In this document: positions 31,675 through 32,000 of the stretch, in pieces
Position numbering within the stretch: the first letter of the stretch is position 1
Layout of the letters: each line of letters opens with the position of its first letter
Assembly: GCA_017475605.1 (NCBI GenBank)
Contig: JAFVFD010000002.1
Span: 150,001 to 182,000 of the forward strand
DNA: 32,000 nt
DNA from: Alphaproteobacteria bacterium
GTDB lineage: Bacteria > Pseudomonadota > Alphaproteobacteria > Rs-D84
Direction: 5' to 3'
Notes under the pieces: model-generated
Told to the model about the DNA's origin: nothing
The model's input: the letters and a program-made list of their open reading frames with translations, nothing else
Database searches by the model: none
Made by a program: the position numbers and the translations under genes

Positions 31675-32000
31675 TTATTCCAAATTCGCCAATTGTTCCA
31701 ATTGGTCTGCGGCTATTAATGCATCTATCATTTCGTCTAATGCCGCCCCACCCGCCAAAATATCATCCAATTTATACAATGTTAATTTGATACGATGGTC
31801 GGTTACGCGCTGTTCCGGGAAATTATAGGTGCGAATTTTTTCACTTCTGTCGCCAGAACCAACCATAGAACGACGCGATGCGTTTGATGCGTTCATTTGT
31901 TCCATACGCTGCTTTTCATAAAGTTTTGAACGCAGAACCGCCATGGCCGTTGCCTTGTTCTGAAACTGCGAACGTTCGTTTTGGCATGTAACAACTATAC
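31675..32000 (-). CDS. prfA: Peptide chain release factor 1, C-terminal part only. The gene continues beyond the right edge.
   Basis: The minus frame is open to nt 32000. '..[27 protein letters not shown]...[37 protein letters not shown]' matches the conserved RF1 C-terminus. Confidence 0.85.
   Translation of the reverse strand, partial: IVVTCQNERSQFQNKATAMAVLRSKLYEKQRMEQMNASNASRRSMVGSGDRSEKIRTYNFPEQRVTDHRIKLTLYKLDDILAGGAALDEMIDALIAADQLEQLANLE

Noticed and set aside
1-32000. I searched for mobile elements, prophage genes, toxin-antitoxin pairs and known defence systems.
   Set aside because: I recognised no transposase, integrase, recombinase, phage structural gene, nuclease/helicase defence gene or terminal inverted repeat. 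The tandem and hairpin repeats found are intragenic or REP-like.

Overview
This 32-kb window looks chromosomal and comes from a Gram-negative, probably alphaproteobacterial genome. A clear GcrA cell-cycle regulator, LpxA/LpxB and an outer-membrane beta-barrel protein support that placement. I recognise these conserved genes: adk, corA, acpS, gcrA, an A24 prepilin-type peptidase, a TfoX-N protein, lpxB, lpxA, an NPPY methyltransferase, an M23 peptidase, a bactofilin, rpiB, mscL, aroK and prfA (3' part only). Five tRNAs are present, all on the minus strand: Pro-GGG, then a cluster of Val-CAC, Leu-UAA, Ala-CGC and Leu-CAG. The housekeeping genes sit as singletons between large lineage-specific genes for exported, cysteine-rich or repetitive proteins that I cannot assign to a named family. 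The most notable items are: (1) a 5'-truncated gene of more than 2,050 codons built from four reiterated super-modules (Cys loop, PKD-like WGDG domain, LRR-like array, Cys cap); (2) a tightly coupled operon at 12014-17773 encoding an A24 peptidase, three exported or membrane proteins, a GH108/PG_binding_3-like muramidase and a small Cys-rich secreted protein, which is a candidate uncharacterised envelope system with no ATPase; (3) a protein with a signal peptide, a Cys-rich region and a C-terminal acyl-carrier (PP-binding) domain at 27580-28374, flanked by hairpin repeats and a 0.8-kb gene-free gap; (4) a small metal-themed neighbourhood of CorA, a His-rich exported protein and an uncalled 37-codon Cys/His micro-ORF behind a perfect palindrome. 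I found no rRNA, CRISPR array, transposase, integrase or recognisable prophage gene. All functional calls rest on motif recognition by eye and no database search was run.
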